Assembly (NCBI RefSeq): GCF_009914755.1
Contig: NC_060948.1
DNA length: 64,000 nucleotides
Source: the human T2T-CHM13v2.0 reference genome, Homo sapiens
Direction: 5' to 3' (one strand)
Shown here: piece by piece, positions 44,448-58,266 of the stretch
How positions within the stretch are numbered: position 1 is the first letter of the stretch
Layout of the letters: each line of letters starts with the position of its first letter
The notes under the pieces: model-generated
Seen by the model: the letters and a program-made list of their open reading frames with translations, nothing else
What the model was told of the DNA's origin: nothing
Databases searched by the model: none
Program-made: the position numbers and the translations under genes

Positions 44448-44819
44448 CTTTTTCTTTCTTTCTTTTATTTTTTCCTGTTGGGCTTTTGGCCTCCCTCTAC
44501 CTATGCAAACTGGTGAAAACCCTGGATTTTTTTTGAGCTGTCTCTTCCACATTTCCCTTGGTTCATTTTAATACGTGCTTTTTAGTAACACAGTTTGATT
44601 CTCCTCACCTTCAGGCTATCAAACTTCAAACAGTCACACTACCATAGGCTGAGACAATGGCCCCTTTCACTGGAGACACTTAGGCCTCTAAGGAATAACT
44701 GACTGCCATTTATTTCACAACAGTGCCCCCTGTCATCAGGAAGCACTTAAAAGTGGTTTTTGTCCTCATCTTTATCCTTATTCTAACAGCAGTTAGATAT
44801 ACTTATTGACAGTGGAAAA
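41772..44819 (+). mobile_element. MER4-group (ERV1) internal remnant, non-coding
   Basis: AT-rich internal sequence typical of MER4-group proviruses, gag-MA-like relics (FECILNPWNSF at ~44140), and an env-tail-like segment (CAGGCTATCAAACTTCAAAC...CTAACAGCAGTTAG) just before the LTR. The exact subfamily is uncertain. Confidence 0.6.
44379..44462 (+). repeat. Tetranucleotide microsatellite (TTTC)17 TCTT (TTTC)3
   Basis: Counted directly from the sequence. Confidence 0.95.
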
Positions 44820-45253
44820 TAACAGAGTTAGAAAACAGCCAAGTGTCTTGGACAAAACCCCATCTTCAAGCCTAAAACAGCCTGAAGGCTGAAAAATCGA
44901 GTGCTTGTGCTAGATGAAGCCTGCCTTTTTCCAACAGATTCTCTTTGAATAATTTCCATCTGAAAACTGGGGGAAGGGAGTGGAGGCTTGGAAGGCCATG
45001 GAAACTTTACCCCTTGTGCAGGGAGGAGGAGCCTGGCTTCATCAGTTCCTGTGTGATGGTCTGGTGTTCAGCAATCCGTGAAGTGGGGGCCTGGTAAACA
45101 CGACTCCCACTCACTTCGTTGAGAGTTTTTCTTTTTTTCTTTTCTTTTACCCAATCAGCTCTACTCTTTATCCTTCAGGAGTGTCCCTGAGCCTAATCTT
45201 TCCTAGTCATGTGACAAGAACCCAATTTTGCTGAAGGAGAACGTTCTGCAACA
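44820..45253 (+). mobile_element. ERV1 LTR, MER83-like (3' LTR of the upstream internal sequence)
   Basis: CAGCCAAG..AAAACCCC..CTTCAAGCCTAAAACAGCCTGAAGGCTGAAAAA start, ends ...GTGACAAGAACCC...TTCTGCAACA, preceded by a purine-rich tract. The family name is recalled from consensus memory. Confidence 0.6.
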
Positions 45254-45269
45254 TGAGGAATTAGAACGT

Positions 45270-45905
45270 TTGTTTAAGATAAGCTGAATTTTATGCATGT
45301 GGGTTTCATTCTGGCCTCTGTTATTTGCCTTAACATTGATTTAACTGTCTTTATGCCAGCACCACACTATTTTGATTACTGTAACTTGGCAATATGTTTT
45401 GAAATAAAAAGTATTTATCTAAGTATATTCTTTTTTTCCAAAGTTGTTTTGCTACTTTTTTTGTTTTGTTTGTTTTTGAGTGTTTACATAAATTATAGTG
45501 CAATATTTGAGGGCTTACTCCTGTGATCCCAATACATTGGGAAGCCAAGGAAGGTGGATTGCAGGACCCCAGTAGTTTGACACCAGCCTGGGCAATATGG
45601 TGAAACCCTGTATCTACAAAAAATACAAGAACTTGCTGAGCATGGTGGCATGCACCTGCAGTCTCAGCTACTTCTGGAGCTGAGGTGGGAGGATCAATTG
45701 AGCTTGATGTGTCAAGGCTATGGTGAGCCATGATTATAGCATTGCACTCCAGCCTGGGTGACACAGCTAAATATTGACTCAAACATTTTAGAATATTTTA
45801 CTACTTCTGCAAAACAAAAACAAAAACAACAACAACAAAAAAAACTATTGGCTCTTTGAAAGAGTTCTCATTGACCTGTAGATCATTTCTAATACCATTA
45901 ACTGA
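45270..45905 (-). mobile_element. Old L1 (L1M-type) ORF2 fragment, interrupted by AluJ
   Basis: GGGTTTCATTCTGGCCTCTG...TTTATGCCAGCACCACACTATTTTGATTACTGTAAC resembles antisense L1 ORF2. Confidence 0.6.
45510..45783 (+). mobile_element. AluJ-type, highly diverged
   Basis: Dimeric Alu layout with J-type features (GGAGGATC..TTGAGC, CAAGGCT..GGTGAGCCATGAT). Confidence 0.8.
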
Positions 45906-45934
45906 GGCACCACTCTTTTCATGAGGGCATTAGC

Positions 45935-46516
45935 TGCAGGGAGTCTGTCCCTTGCAGACCCCTGACCGAGCGACAGATGAATAAAGTACCCTGTCACACA
46001 GATATTCTGCTTTTCAAGTCCAGCTGAGGGTCTGGGGCCACTAACAGTCTCCAAAGGGAGTCCTGTAAAGAGTGGCAGCTGTGCCCTGAGCAACTTGCAC
46101 TCCAGGCATTTATTTAGTATAGAATTATTAACAGAAGCTTTGAGTAGACACACTTGTGGATAATTAACCTGGTTAAGAGAATAGTTCTGTGAATAACGAA
46201 ACCTCAGGCACCACGGTCTAAAGTAAATGCCAGTGGGGGCAATTTCCCTGGTTGACATTCCCCAGAAAGGACCATCTGGCTTAAAGGTTAGTTAATGGAG
46301 GTGGGGTAAAAAAACTTAATTGGGGAAGCCTCTATTGTCCTTAGCATTTACCCTATGACCAAATGCTTTAAGGTTAAAACCGACTACCTTCAGCCCCTTG
46401 AATTATTACAAGCTATGCAACCTTTCAGCCTTCCAAAAGTCTGTGACTATTCCCTATAACTTTCCCTAATTATTTTCTTTTAATATTTCTGCCATCCTCC
46501 TGAGTGAATCTCAAAA
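45935..46516 (-). mobile_element. 3' LTR22 of the HML-5 provirus
   Basis: Homologous to 58288-58838. Followed on the + strand by TCCTCCTCTCTGTT (reverse-complement polypurine tract). Confidence 0.88.
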
Positions 46517-47179
46517 TCCTCCTCTCTGTTCTTTTCTGCATCAGGTTTTTGATTGCAGAGCACAGATATGTGCAGTCATAGGTTTGTCAGGTGAGGTGGT
46601 CACTGATCTTATTCCAGCTTTGCATCATATAAATAGCAAATAACACAAAACAATCATGAGTATAATTAACAACACTTCTTCCAGTCAGAGTGACTTGCAG
46701 AGTTACTTGCCATCTGAGTTCACTCTGTGCTATTAATGAGGAACCTCACTGGGGGAATGTTGATTTCCTTTTATTTAAGCAGTGATGTTGTTAGAAGCTG
46801 GAAAGGGGGTGTTAGTCTAAGTACTAGGGTAGAACAAAGGAGGTTACAAGATGGGCTTAATAGAGCTTGGCAGATACAGGTAGTAGACAAAGTGAGAGAA
46901 TAAAAAAGAAGCAGGATTTGCATAGCCTTCTGAGTCATCTTTCTCTGATAAAGCTGCATCATCTTGCAGGGTCTCTCCTAGGCTGGCTCGAGTTTTTTCT
47001 TCTTTTAATCCTTTGATGAGGATGCAGTGTCTTGGCTGGTGCTTGTGTATTGGAAATTGTAGAGATTGTGTCTGTGCTAAGATATCTCTCATAATCTTTG
47101 TTAAAGAGCAGGTTAGTGCTTTAAGAAAAACTTGTGCTTTTAATGTCTTGTTTACAGAAAAACTGGATGACACATCTTT

Positions 47180-47596
47180 TTTAAATTAATTTATTTTTAT
47201 TATTGTACTTTAAGTTTTAGGGTACATGTGCACAATGTGCCGGTTAGTTACATATGTATACATGTGCCATGCTGGTGTGCTGCACCCACTAACTCATCAT
47301 CTAGCATTAGGCATATCTCCCAATGCTATCCCTCCCGCCTCCCCCCACCCCACAACAGGCCCCAGAGTGTGATGTTCCCCTTCCTGTGTCCATGTGCTCT
47401 CATTGTTCAATTCCCACCTATGAGTGAGAATATGCGGTGTTTGGTTTTTTGTTCTTGCGATAGTTTACTGAGAATGATGATTTCCAATTTCATCCATGTC
47501 CCTACAAAGGACATGAACTCATCATTTTTTATGGCTGCATAGTATTCCATGGTGTGTATGTGCCACATTTTCTTAATCCAGTCTATGATTGTTGGA
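47180..47596 (-). mobile_element. 5'-truncated L1PA2-like element (3' UTR and ORF2 end)
   Basis: Typical L1PA 3' end (TAAGTTTTAGGGTACATGTGCACAATG...). ORF2 C-terminus KKMWHIHTMEYYAAIKNDEFMSF. GAG (non-Ta) diagnostic. 16-bp TSD TGGATGACACATCTTT at 47164 and 47593. Confidence 0.92.
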
Positions 47597-48379
47597 TGAC
47601 ACATCTTTAACTTTAGTCAATATGTTTACTCAGAGAATTTTGTTAACAATTAACATTTTAAAACTTGCTTAGACTTTCAAAACAAAATTATACAACATGT
47701 CCTGAATAGTTTTCTTTTTATAATGTTTTTATGACTTCCACAGACAATTTTCAACATGCCTTAACTTTATTTCTTTCATAACCTTCCTTAATAAAGGTGC
47801 AGTCTAATGGTTATAACTTTCTTAACATTTCTTTCTCTTTATGTCTTTTCTTTGTCTTACTTTTTGTGACTTTGACCTCTGGTTTTTCTAGTCTTTCTTT
47901 TTTTTCCCCTCTATTTCTCTCTTTAACCTTTCTGTTTCTCTCTGATCTTGGACAGCAATTAAATGAGTGTTGGTATCAATAGATACTTGTACATATCTAA
48001 GTTTTCCAAATTCAAGTATGGGTGTAACATCTGTTTGCTATAGCAGGTTAAGTTCTGTTTCCCTAGGGTTAACACCTGTTGAAGGAGGGGACTTACCTGT
48101 GAGCTGGCAATCTGGGCATTGTAGGATAATTTATTTAGCCAGTCTCTGAGTAAGTTGATAAGTTTCTTCAATTTGGATGGAAAAATTCATGCGATTGGGT
48201 GGCTTGGTCTAGCAGTGATGGCTTAACCTGTAGGTTTGCTTGATCACTGCTCATAAGCCAATGGGCTAGGAAGTAAGCTGTGGGCTCAAATATGTGTAAT
48301 AAAAATGGGACTTGTATGTTGATCTAGCCAATTGCTGAAGTTGGAGAAAGAGTAAACCGTCCTGGCTCCAGAATAGAGT

Positions 48380-49345
48380 TAAGGCTGTAAAACTTCTTTA
48401 ATAAATAAACAGAGTAACCTTAGCTTTCTGTTTGCTAGTAAACTCAGATTGCATGATTGAATTATATGGTCTCTACCAGACTGCTGCTTTTCCATGTTTG
48501 CGGACCCATCAGTAAACCGTGTTAAAGCATTAGTTACAGGGGAGTAAACTCTTTTTGTAGGCATTATTACCGGAGTATGAGATAAGAAATGAAAGACTTT
48601 ATCAGCAGGGAGGATGTGCTTTATTTGCTCTGTGTAATGAGATAAAACTATTTGTGGGTGTATTGACAAAGATAATGAAGCTTTGAATTGCTCTTTACTT
48701 AAAGGAATCATGATGATATCGGTTATGTCGCAACTGATTTTTAACGTTTGTGACCTGAATAGATGACTTTAGTAATTAACTGAGTATAAGGAGACAGTGT
48801 TTTAGTCCCGGTATGGGGGCAAAAAACCCATTCTAGGAAACATAGCCTGGGAGTCATTTGTCCTAGTAACCCTGTAGGGGAGTGTTAGGTGGAAAAAATA
48901 AATAGCTGATTGGAATACGGTGGATCAATGCGATCTAGCTTCCTTTGAAAGACGGCTTGCTCAATTTCCTTGATTTCCCTTTTTGCTGCAAGGGTTAAAT
49001 ATCTGGGAGAATTGAGGGCTGGGTTGCCCTTTAAGATAGAGAACAGGTTTTGTAGTTTATTGGTAGGAATTCCAACAATGGGAGAAATCCAGGTAACATT
49101 GTCCAATAATTTCTGCTAATCATTTAATGTGTGTAAGTTGTTAGTACTTAGGTTAAACTTTTGAGGTCTTACTGACCAGGAGATTAACAGATATCCAAGA
49201 TATTTTCAAGGAGGGAACATGGGTACTTTTTCAGGTGCAGTGACTAAACTTTTCAGTTGTGTATTCCTTATGACAGAGGTAAACAAATTTAAAGGTATTG
49301 GCTCCGTTGGGGCTGCTAGTAAAATATCATCCATAAAATGAATAA
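48380..49345 (-). pseudogene. pol: HML-5 pol remnant (RT C-terminal half, thumb/connection, RNase H start)
   Basis: IIHFMDDILLAAP at ~49310-49346. ORF 48885-49106 (WISPIVGIPTNKLQNLFSILKG) and ORF 48379-48711 (NALTRFTDGS). Frameshifts present. Confidence 0.8.
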
Positions 49346-49869
49346 TCATGTAATCAGGAATTTTTTTTCTACTAGTTAAAAAACAAAGTTTGCTTTTAAC
49401 TACTTCTAAACTAACTCATGGGTTGTTTGTAATGTCTCAACCTTTAAACGTTACTGTTTTACTTGAATTTGGTGAGCTTCATCAGGGTGGAAGAGAGATG
49501 ACAACAGTGGAGGTTATTAGAAAGAGGTTTTCTAATTCTTACATTTTACTTAAATTTTAGCTGAGAACTATAATCTGTGATGTTGCTTGTAAACAAGCAG
49601 CACATGAGATTTTGTCTTGGATAGCCTGTGGAGTTAGAGAAAGGAGCAGGCAGGTCCCGGCGCTGTGACTGCTTTACATTTATAAAGTCGCCATTTTTGC
49701 CTGTGCCATTTTTTGCCTGTGCTGGCTCCCTTCCCCAGCTGTGGGACACATGTGGCCTGGGTGGAATTTGTCACGTGTGCTTCTGTTCCACTCGCAGCAG
49801 GCTAGCTCTGGCTGCAGCTTGGCTCTTTGTTGCTTCTGTCACAGTGTGGGTGGAGTTTTTCTTTCTACT

Positions 49870-50328
49870 TACTGCTTCCTTGTCCTGGCCCTGTGGCTCT
49901 GGCTTTTAGTGATTATTCTTAACCCTTTATGTACCTGATTACTTGGCTGATTTTGCATTACCGGGCAGGCTAATAACTCTCCTTTTATTGCTGCCAGCTG
50001 AAGACAGGGACTAATAACTGGAGGGTATTCCTGGTCCTTTTTCTTACGTATTGAAGAAAAAGGCTCAGGTAAAATATCTGTTTCTTCTTTGTTATTTTGG
50101 CTCAGTAATATTAGGGCTGACGGAAGAGGAGGTGATAAGGCAGGTGACATTTCCTCCTCGTTCCCCTTTATAGTCTGTTCTGTGTATAATGGAGACAGGG
50201 CTGCTGTAATGAAAGCCCATAACAGCTGGGACCTGTTGCCTTTGTGTCTGATGTTGAAGATTTATCCCCACTTGTTCTCAGAGTACTACATCCAGTGTTC
50301 CTTTTTCTGGGAACCATGATCTTGGGAT
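49870..50328 (-). pseudogene. gag: HML-5 gag, part downstream of the ERV9 insertion (MA end / proline-rich region)
   Basis: PRSWFPEKGTLDVVL*EQVG continues the frame begun at 58070. PPLPSA-like region in ORF 49869-50150. Confidence 0.78.
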
Positions 50329-50898
50329 TGTGTCCAGAATTGATTCCTTCCAGTGGGTTATTGGTCTTGCTGTCTTCAAGAAGAAGATGCAGACCTTCAC
50401 AGTGAGTGTTATAGCTCCTAAAGGTAGTGCGGACCCAAAGAGCGAGAAGCAGCAAGATTTATTGCAAAGAGTGAAAGAGCAGAGCTTCCACAGCATGGAA
50501 GGGAACCAAAGCAGGTTGCTGCTGCTGGCTCGGGTGGCCTGCTTTTATTCTCTTATCTGGTGTCACCCACATCCTTCTGAGTGGTCCATTTCACAGAGTG
50601 CTGATTGGTCTGTTTTACGGAGTGCTGATTGATCCATTTTTATCCAGTGCTGATTGGTGTGTTTACAAACCTTTAGCTAGACACAGAGCGTGATTGGTGC
50701 ATTTACAATCCTTTAGCTAGACAGAAAAGTTCGCCAAGTCTCCTACCCAATTAGCTAGACACAGAGCACTAATTGGTGCATTTACAAACCTTTAGCTAGA
50801 CACAGAGTGCTGATTGGTGCATTTACAATCCTTTATCTAAACAAAGTAGTTCTCCAAGTCCCCATCTGACTGAGAAGCCCAGCCAGCTTCACCTCTCA
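50329..50898 (-). mobile_element. 3' LTR12 (short variant, ~570 bp)
   Basis: TGAGAGGTGAAGCTGGCTGGGC start on the minus strand. ~40-bp U3 repeats (CCAATCAGCACTCTGTGTCTAGCTAAAGG). Ends ...ATTCTGGACACA. Confidence 0.92.
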
Positions 50899-50959
50899 AT
50901 CCCTTCTCTAAACAGGACATCTCAACTGCTGTTGGGAATTGGCCAATGACCTCTCTAGC

Positions 50960-51790
50960 TACTTCCTGCTAGATAGGGGCAAAGAATTATGCTGCAGTTG
51001 TAGTGTCCTCCAGAGGGGAACTCTTTAGGCCACAGAAAGGGCCAGGAGGTTGGTCCAGGGGTCCTCAGTAGAAGCTGTTAGTTGAGCTCATTTGGGGTTC
51101 CATTTGTAAGACCATCTCTAGGTTGATAGCCTCAATTCTAGAAGAAAGAAATTTGACAAGAAGGTTAACAATACAGGGCCCGAAGGCAAGTAATGGCAAG
51201 ATGGCTGCCATGGGAGCTAGAAAGGGGAGGAGCCATGTTGCCCAACTCCAGAGGTTGGTATAAGGGTTTGAAAGATGTCTGATTTCAGAAGCCTTTTCCT
51301 GTAAACACCAGGCAGCATCTCGTACTATGCCTCACTGGTTAGTGTAAAAACAACTCTCTTCCCCTAAGAAGGTGCAGAGTCCTCCTTTCTCAGCAGTGAG
51401 GTGGTCTAGTCCTCTGCAGTTTTGGAGTGTCACTGCTGGTAAAGAATCTAGCTGGGATTGTAGAGTAAGGATAGATTTTGTTATTTCTCACAAACTATCT
51501 GAGAAATCCTTTGAGAGTGTGTGATGGTAAGAAAATGAAGTAGATAAATCTGCTATTCTGGTTCTTGTAGCAGTGGCCATTTCTAACCCTATAAGTAGGG
51601 GTATTAGTTGTATGGCCCTGCAATGATGGACTTGAGCTTTGAGGGGCACTGATAGGGCCTGATTTCCTGGGGCAATGTTAATGTTGGGACTTAGAAAGAC
51701 TAAGGTGCAGGTGCCTGTCCAGTTAGTGGGGAGGCAGATATAGTTTGACATTCCACAGGAGAAGAATATGCCTTGGCTGGGTAGATATTT
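50960..51790 (-). pseudogene. env: ERV9 env remnant (SU C-terminus and TM)
   Basis: ORF 51488-51751 (YICLPTNWTGTCTL...RAIQLIPLLIGL). Downstream ISD-like LQNCRGLDHLTAEKGGLC and TM anchor. Stop codons present. Confidence 0.85.
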
Positions 51791-52049
51791 AGAAATTTAC
51801 CCTGGCTTTTAAAGGAATAGGGTATACTGTTTTTTCTTTACTATTTCCATATCTCTTTCATTCTCTTTGACTTCTCCTTCATCTCTCTCTTTCTGTCTTT
51901 CTGACTCCCTCTTTGTCTGTCTGTCTCTTCCTCTCTCTCTCTCCCTCTGACTTTCTGTCTCTTCCTCTTTTTCCTTTCTGCTGGTCTTTCCCTGCCTCTG
52001 CCAGCTGCTTATGCTACTGTTCTCCCCTCTCCTTCCCCTTTTGATGGCT

Positions 52050-53790
52050 TTGGCAGTGTAAGAGTGCCATGCCACCTCCGTGGGTTTTTGCACTGTGTGC
52101 AATAACTCCATGATTTCCTTGTGGCATTTAATGGGGGTTTCCCCAGAGGTTAGGAACTCCCTTTCTTTCCATATTGCAGCATGGGCATGTAGGATCAGAT
52201 GAGCATACTTGCTATCTGTATACACATTTATTCTTTTTCCCTTTCCCAGTTCTAAGGCTTGGGTAAGTGCCAGTATTTCTGCTTACTGGGCTCTGGTCTC
52301 TAGGGGAAAACACTTACTTTTAAGTATAGTTACATCACTAACTATGGCATAACCTGCCCTTTGTATCCCATTCTTCACAAATGAACTTCCATCAGTATAT
52401 AGGCTAAGGTCAGGATTACCTAAGGGGACTTCTAAGAGATTATCTTGTGCGGCATAAGTCTGGACGATAATTTGTTGGCAGTCATGCTTGATTGGATCCC
52501 CATCCTCTGGGAGAAAAGCGGCAGGGTTGAGGGCCATGCATGTACATATTTGAAGCACCAGTGCCTCAAGGAGTAGCACCTGGTATCTAAGCAAGTGGTT
52601 GTCTGATAGCCATAAACTTCCTTTGGCACCTAGTATGCCATTTACATCATGAGTAGTCCAGACAGTGAGATCCTTTCCTTGTATTATTTTGATAGCCTCT
52701 GACACTAAGACAGCCACTGCTACAGCTACCCATAAACAGTGAGGCCAGCCTTTTGCTACTACATCCATTTCCTTACTTAGGTATGCCACTGGTTGGGGGA
52801 TTGTTCCACAAATCTAAGTAAGAACTCCAAGAGCTATCCCTGCTCTCTTGGTGACATATAAAGAGAAGTTTTGTCCTGTGGGAAGGCTTAAACCGGGAGC
52901 CTGTACTAGCGCCTGCTTTAAGGTTTTAAAGGGTACTTTTGCCCCTAGTTCCCATTCTACTAGATGAGTATTTACCCTTTGGGTCTCCTTGATTACCGTA
53001 CAGAGTGGTCTGGCCATCTTGCTGTATCTGGGGATCCATAGTCGGCAAAAGTGGGTGGTTCTAAGGAACCCCCGCAACTGTTTTAATGTCTTGGGGTGAG
53101 GATAAGCCAGTATTGGCTGTTTTCATTCCTTGCTGAGGGCCCTGGCCCCTCTGGCTAAGATTAGGCCTAAATATTTGACCTGCTGTAGGCAAAGTTTGGC
53201 CTTTGACCTAGACACCTTGTACCCTTGATTAGCTAGAAAGTTCAAGAGATTTAGACTAGCCTGCTGGCATGAGGCTTCCAAACCAGTAGCCAAAAGTAAA
53301 TCATCCACAAGCTGAAGGACCAGAGTCCCTGGACATGACAAGTGGCCTAGATCTTGGGCCAGTGCCTGACCAAACAGATGAGGGCTATCCCTAAACACTT
53401 GAGGCAAGACGTTCCATGTAAGTTGGGACGTGTGATCTGTGGAATCCTCAAAGGCAAAGAGAAAGTGGGAGTCAGAGGCAGAGGAATACAGAAGAAGGCA
53501 TCCTTGAGGTCCGGAGCTGTGAACCATTCTGCTTCCTCTGGTATTTGAGAGAGCAGGGTATAGGGGTTGGGTACAACTGGATATAGAGGAATTACTGCCT
53601 CACTGATGAGTCTAAGATCTTGCACTAGTCTCCACTGACTGGGTTTTGGTCTCCTAGAATTGGAGTGCTGCAGGGACTGCTGCATTTCCTTACTGAGGCT
53701 CAAGATTTTAAATGTTTAACAGTATCCTGTAATCCTCTATGAGCTTCAGGCCTTAAGGGAAATTGCCTTTGATAAGGAAAAGTGGTGGGA
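52050..53790 (-). pseudogene. pol: ERV9 pol remnant (RT, tether, RNase H; no integrase seen)
   Basis: WRLVQDLRLI...DLKDAFF, LPQVFRDSPHLFG, LQLVDDLLLA (YxDD Tyr mutated), LYTDGSSF and YTDSKYA, split across several frames. Confidence 0.9.
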
Positions 53791-54235
53791 TCTTTTAGCC
53801 TGATTTGGACTGGGCAGGCATTTTGCCCTTCCAAATTGTCCTTCCAATGCCCAAACTTCAGGGTTAATTCCCTCCTCAAGCCACAGACAACAAATGGGTA
53901 ACTTGCTCCCCATATTCATGTAGATAATAGCTCCAGCTTTGACTAATATATCCCTCCCTAATAAGGGTGTGGGACTTTCAGGCATATTAAGAAAGGCATG
54001 TGAAAAGAGCAAAGTCTCCCAATTACAACTGAGGAGTTGGGAGAAATACCTGGTTACAGGCTGTCCCAGCATTCTTCAGATGGTAACGGATCTTGAGGAC
54101 AATCGTCCAGGACAGGAGATTAACACCGAGAAGACCGCATCAGTGTCCAGGAAGAAGCCAATTTCCTGGCCATTAATGGATAAGCATACCCATGGCTCAG
54201 TGAGGGTGACGACATGAGCTAGCACTTGCTCCAGG
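53791..54235 (-). pseudogene. pro: ERV9 protease remnant
   Basis: FFLDTDAVFSVL (degenerate DTGA) at ~54125-54160 and FSHAFLNMPESPTPLLGRDIL. Confidence 0.8.
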
Positions 54236-54249
54236 CACCCTCAGTCCTG

Positions 54250-56014
<1,765 letters not shown>

Positions 56015-57115
56015 CCGAAAGAGAAAACGGCCCACTCTTTTTGTTTGTTTGTTTCTCCACCTGCCCAAGAACCCACAATGGATCCTGGACCCTGCTGATC
56101 AGAATAGTTGTGCTCACTGATGCAGCAGCAGAAACACTGGTTTTCCTCCTGGACCACAACAAAACCTGCAGCCTTGCCTGTCCACCCAGACCACAAAGAG
56201 GACTGAGAAAAATCGGATTTAGTGGCCCTTACTGACATATTCTCAAAAACCTGTTAGAGTCCTAAGCATTATCCTGTTAATATTGGGAATTTATCCTTGT
56301 CCTATAAAGATGTTATGCCCCAAAAATGAAGTGGAGGGCCATACCCTGAGGGAGGGAAGAGATCACCAGAGTCAGAAGAGTGATGCCTTTTGTCCTCACT
56401 TATATGAATAAGAAAGATACAATTTCTGAGGCGTCCCATATCCTAGCTTCAGGAATAGGTTTTGTTAAGCCTGTTTGTCTGAGGAGGGATCCTAAAATTC
56501 CAGATAGTCCCCCTTAAAATGGGGCTTTGGGCAAAAATTCTCTCTTTCTGATTGCTGAGCCTGAGTGCCAGGAGAAGGGAATAGAGTCCTGGAGTTTATA
56601 CCAGAAATAGTTCTTACAGGAGAAACTAGAAAAGCACCAGAGACAGGGAGTGGTTTTTAGAAGCAGGACTAGCCTCAGAGAACAGAAGCAAGAGGAAGAT
56701 TGTCTGACAGGCTTTAGGACCCAGGAGGCAAGGCTCAGGATAGATAGGATAGATGGGAGAGTCTCGCTTGGGCGACATGACTAAGAGTTCCGCCATGGCT
56801 GCAGGGTCAACCAATTTGTTGTTGGGACCATGGAGCTGAATGGTTTTCCTATCAACCCTCATCTCAGCCCAGAAGTACAGGGAAAGTGGAAGCTAGTTCC
56901 ATGCAAACCAACACTCCCAACTCCGAAGAGTTGGGGTTGCTAGAGAGCCCTTTCCCAGAAAGCCTGGCACCCATGTCTTTAGTTCAGTGACCAAGCTAGT
57001 TGCTTTTAACTGGCTGACAGGTGCCTGCTATTTAGCCCTAGAATTCTAAGGAAAAATAGGACAGAATAGCAAGCACAAGGGGTCGATGGTACTCACTGCT
57101 TGGCAATAGGCAATA

Positions 57116-57133
57116 GTCCCTTTGTGGTCACCA
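57116..57133 (-). promoter_or_regulatory. ERV9 primer-binding site (tRNA-Arg)
   Basis: Minus strand TGGTGACCACAAAGGGAC matches the Arg PBS TGGCGACCACGAAGGGAC with two CpG transitions, 3 bp from the 5' LTR. Confidence 0.85.
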
Positions 57134-57136
57134 AAG

Positions 57137-57946
57137 TGTGTCTGGAATTGATTCCTTCCCATGGGTTCTTGGTCTCACTGACATCAAGAATGAAGCCATG
57201 GACTCTCACGGTGACTGTTACAGTTCTTAAAGACAGTGTGTCCAGAGTTTGTTCCTTCAGGTGTTCATGGTCTCGCTGACTTCAGGAGTGAAGTTGCAGA
57301 CCCTCACAGTGAGTGTTACAGCTCTTAAAGTTGGTGTTTCTGGAGTTGTTTGTTCCTCTCAGTGGGTTCATGGTCTCGCTGACTTCGGGAGTGAAGCTGC
57401 AGAGCTTCACAGTGAGTGTTACAGCTCTTAAAGGTGGTGCATCCAGTGTTGTTTGTTCCTCCCGGTGGGTTTGTGGTCTTGCTGGTTTCAGGAGTGAAGC
57501 TGCAGGCCTTCATGGTGAGTGTTACAGCTCATAAAGGTAGTGTGGACCCAAAGACTGAGTAGCAGCAAGATTTATTGCAAAGAGCAAAAGAACAGGTCTT
57601 CCACAGTGTGGAAGGGGACCTGAGTGGGTTGCCACTGCTGGCTGAGGTGGCCTGCTTTTATTCCCTTATTTGTCCCCACCCTCATCCTGCCGATTGTTCC
57701 ATTTTACAGAGTGCTGATCGGTCTGTTTTTAGCAAGTGCAGATTGGTGCATTTATAAACATTTAGCTAGACACAGAGCACCAATTGGTGCATTTACAATC
57801 CTTTAGCTAGACAGAAAAGCTCTCCAAGTCCCTTACCTGATTAGCTCTACACAGAGCACTGAGTGGTGCATTTACAATCATTTAGCTAGATAGAAAAGTT
57901 CTCCAAGTCCCCACCCCACCCAAAGCCCAGCCAGTTTTACCTCTCA
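57137..57946 (-). mobile_element. 5' LTR12 (~810 bp, with expanded U5 tandem repeats)
   Basis: Homologous to 50329-50898. Has several ~100-110-bp U5 repeats (GGTCTCGCTGACTTCAGGAGTGAAGCTGCAG...GTGAGTGTTACAGCTCTTAAAG) and multiple CCAAT boxes. Confidence 0.92.
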
Positions 57947-58070
57947 GGATTACAACAGTTTGCATTATGTCCCCTAATTGAGCCTGCAAAACTGATGCTC
58001 CACTAGCCTTAAGCAACTGTTTCAACACTTTTATATACTGTTTCTGTTGAGCTGATAAATGTTGTCCCAT
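57947..58070 (-). pseudogene. gag: HML-5 gag N-terminus (MA), cut by ERV9
   Basis: ORF 57882-58070 MGQHLSAQQKQYIKVLKQLLKASGASVLQAQLGDIMQTVVI runs into LTR12. Confidence 0.85.
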
Positions 58071-58266
58071 GAGAATACCTCAGCTTGACCCAACTTCTCC
58101 CAGAACTTGGTAACCTCGAGTGGGCACCAATGACTTACTGATTAGTCACTGACTTCACCACGTGAATTCTTTTTCCACCTTTGCTTTCAGGGAGTCTGTC
58201 GCATTCCTCACTCTTCCTCTACAGCTTTCCTCATGAGGGTGGTTCTCACACTTCCTTCACAGACTG

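Noticed and set aside
44321-44552. KERK/FFLS repeat ORFs
   Set aside because: Translation of the (TTTC)n microsatellite.
52283-53703. Longest ORFs as a functional reverse transcriptase
   Set aside because: Pol is split by frameshifts and stops, YxDD is mutated to LVDD, and no integrase is seen.
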